Shown: positions 16,941 to 17,545 of the stretch, in pieces
Numbering within the stretch: the first letter of the stretch is position 1
How the letters are laid out: each line of letters starts with the position of its first letter
Translations under genes and position numbers: made by a program
Notes under the pieces: model-generated
The model's input: only the letters and a program-made list of their open reading frames with translations
What the model was told of the DNA's origin: nothing
The model's database searches: none
From: Alteromonas naphthalenivorans
GTDB lineage: Bacteria > Babelota > Babeliae > Babelales > CAIQNR01
Length of the DNA stretch: 17,545 nt
Reading direction: 5' to 3'
NCBI GenBank assembly: GCA_047631715.1
Contig: JBLICC010000018.1
Coordinates: 1 to 17,545, forward strand

Positions 16941-17545
16941 CTCGTTTTCTCTTCGTGATACTCCTGCTCCATATTAACTGACCATATATTAGCCTTATCT
17001 TTTCTGTTATTGATAATATTATCTACAGCAGCCATCGCAGTTAACATAGAATGATCTTGATTATTATACTTATGCTGGCCATTACGTCCCAACAAAAAGA
17101 GATTATCAATAGTATCTGTAAACTTTTTCACAATATCAAAGTCTTTATATACACCAAAATAAGCAGGGTACGTTTTTTCCATTCTAATAACAGTAGCATC
17201 TTGAACAAACTTTTGCTCAATAATACCAATCTTTTCTAACTCTTGTTTTCCTAATTCAATTAAATCTTTATCCTTCATTTTCCAAAGATCATCTGTTGTG
17301 TAACAAAAATATTCAAGACCAATCCATACCTTATTGGAATCTGTAACCATGAATGGACTCCAATTATTAAAAATCTGTAGTCTTCCAACTTGTACATCCG
17401 GCTCTTGAATATAGATCCAATTATCTTTAATTAAATCGCCCTGTTCTTCTATTTTTAGTTTATCAACCAATAACCCAACAGTTAAAAAATCTCGATACTG
17501 TAAGTTATCACTTACATTTTTTACTTTTTTATCTACAGGAGATTG
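16937..17545 (-). CDS. FAD-dependent oxidoreductase of the protoporphyrinogen oxidase / UDP-galactopyranose mutase-like superfamily, C-terminal part (starts beyond the window end)
   Basis: The frame is open to the window edge (QSPVDKKVKNVSDNLQYRDFLTVGLLVDK...). It contains WIYIQEP, FNNWSP, GLEYF, YPAY and GRNGQHKYNNQDHSMLTAM, typical of this flavoprotein C-terminus. Confidence 0.8.
   Translation of the reverse strand, partial: QSPVDKKVKNVSDNLQYRDFLTVGLLVDKLKIEEQGDLIKDNWIYIQEPDVQVGRLQIFNNWSPFMVTDSNKVWIGLEYFCYTTDDLWKMKDKDLIELGKQELEKIGIIEQKFVQDATVIRMEKTYPAYFGVYKDFDIVKKFTDTIDNLFLLGRNGQHKYNNQDHSMLTAMAAVDNIINNRKDKANIWSVNMEQEYHEEKTS

Noticed and set aside
16038..17239. ORFs 16038-16247 (-) and 17051-17239 (+)
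   Set aside because: Antisense shadows of rseP and the oxidoreductase.
1..17545. Alternative genetic code, frameshifts, introns or inteins
   Set aside because: All genes are intact and near normal length in code 11; TGA, TAG and TAA all act as stops; no large insertions.
1..17545. CRISPR arrays, IS elements, prophage or defence genes
   Set aside because: No spaced direct repeats and no transposase- or phage-like ORFs; nearly all sequence is explained by core genes.

Overview
AT-rich bacterial housekeeping window. Bases 1-14900 on the minus strand hold one tightly packed ribosomal superoperon: rpsL-rpsG-fusA-tuf, then rpsJ-rplC-D-W-B-rpsS-rplV-rpsC-rplP-rpmC-rpsQ, then rplN-X-E-rpsN-rpsH-rplF-rplR-rpsE-rplO-secY-adk (adk runs off the window). 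Upstream are a 367-bp divergent promoter region, a plus-strand RseP/M50 protease, a bidirectional terminator, a stand-alone rplM and the 3' part of an FAD-dependent oxidoreductase. I see no mobile elements, CRISPR, tRNA or rRNA, and no new multi-gene system. The best candidate for something undescribed is a hand-folded three-way-junction RNA in the rpsL 5' leader (14943-15033). It begins at the predicted transcription start, and the operon has no room for the usual internal S7 and S10 control sites. Other oddities: rpmD (uL30) is absent from the spc block, rplM is uncoupled from rpsI, and EF-Tu, uL22, uL3, uS12 and Adk have substitutions at normally conserved or antibiotic-related positions. 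The pattern suggests a host-dependent lineage such as Ca. Dependentiae/Babelota, which is an unverified inference. All comparisons to consensus sequences are from memory, not computed alignments.
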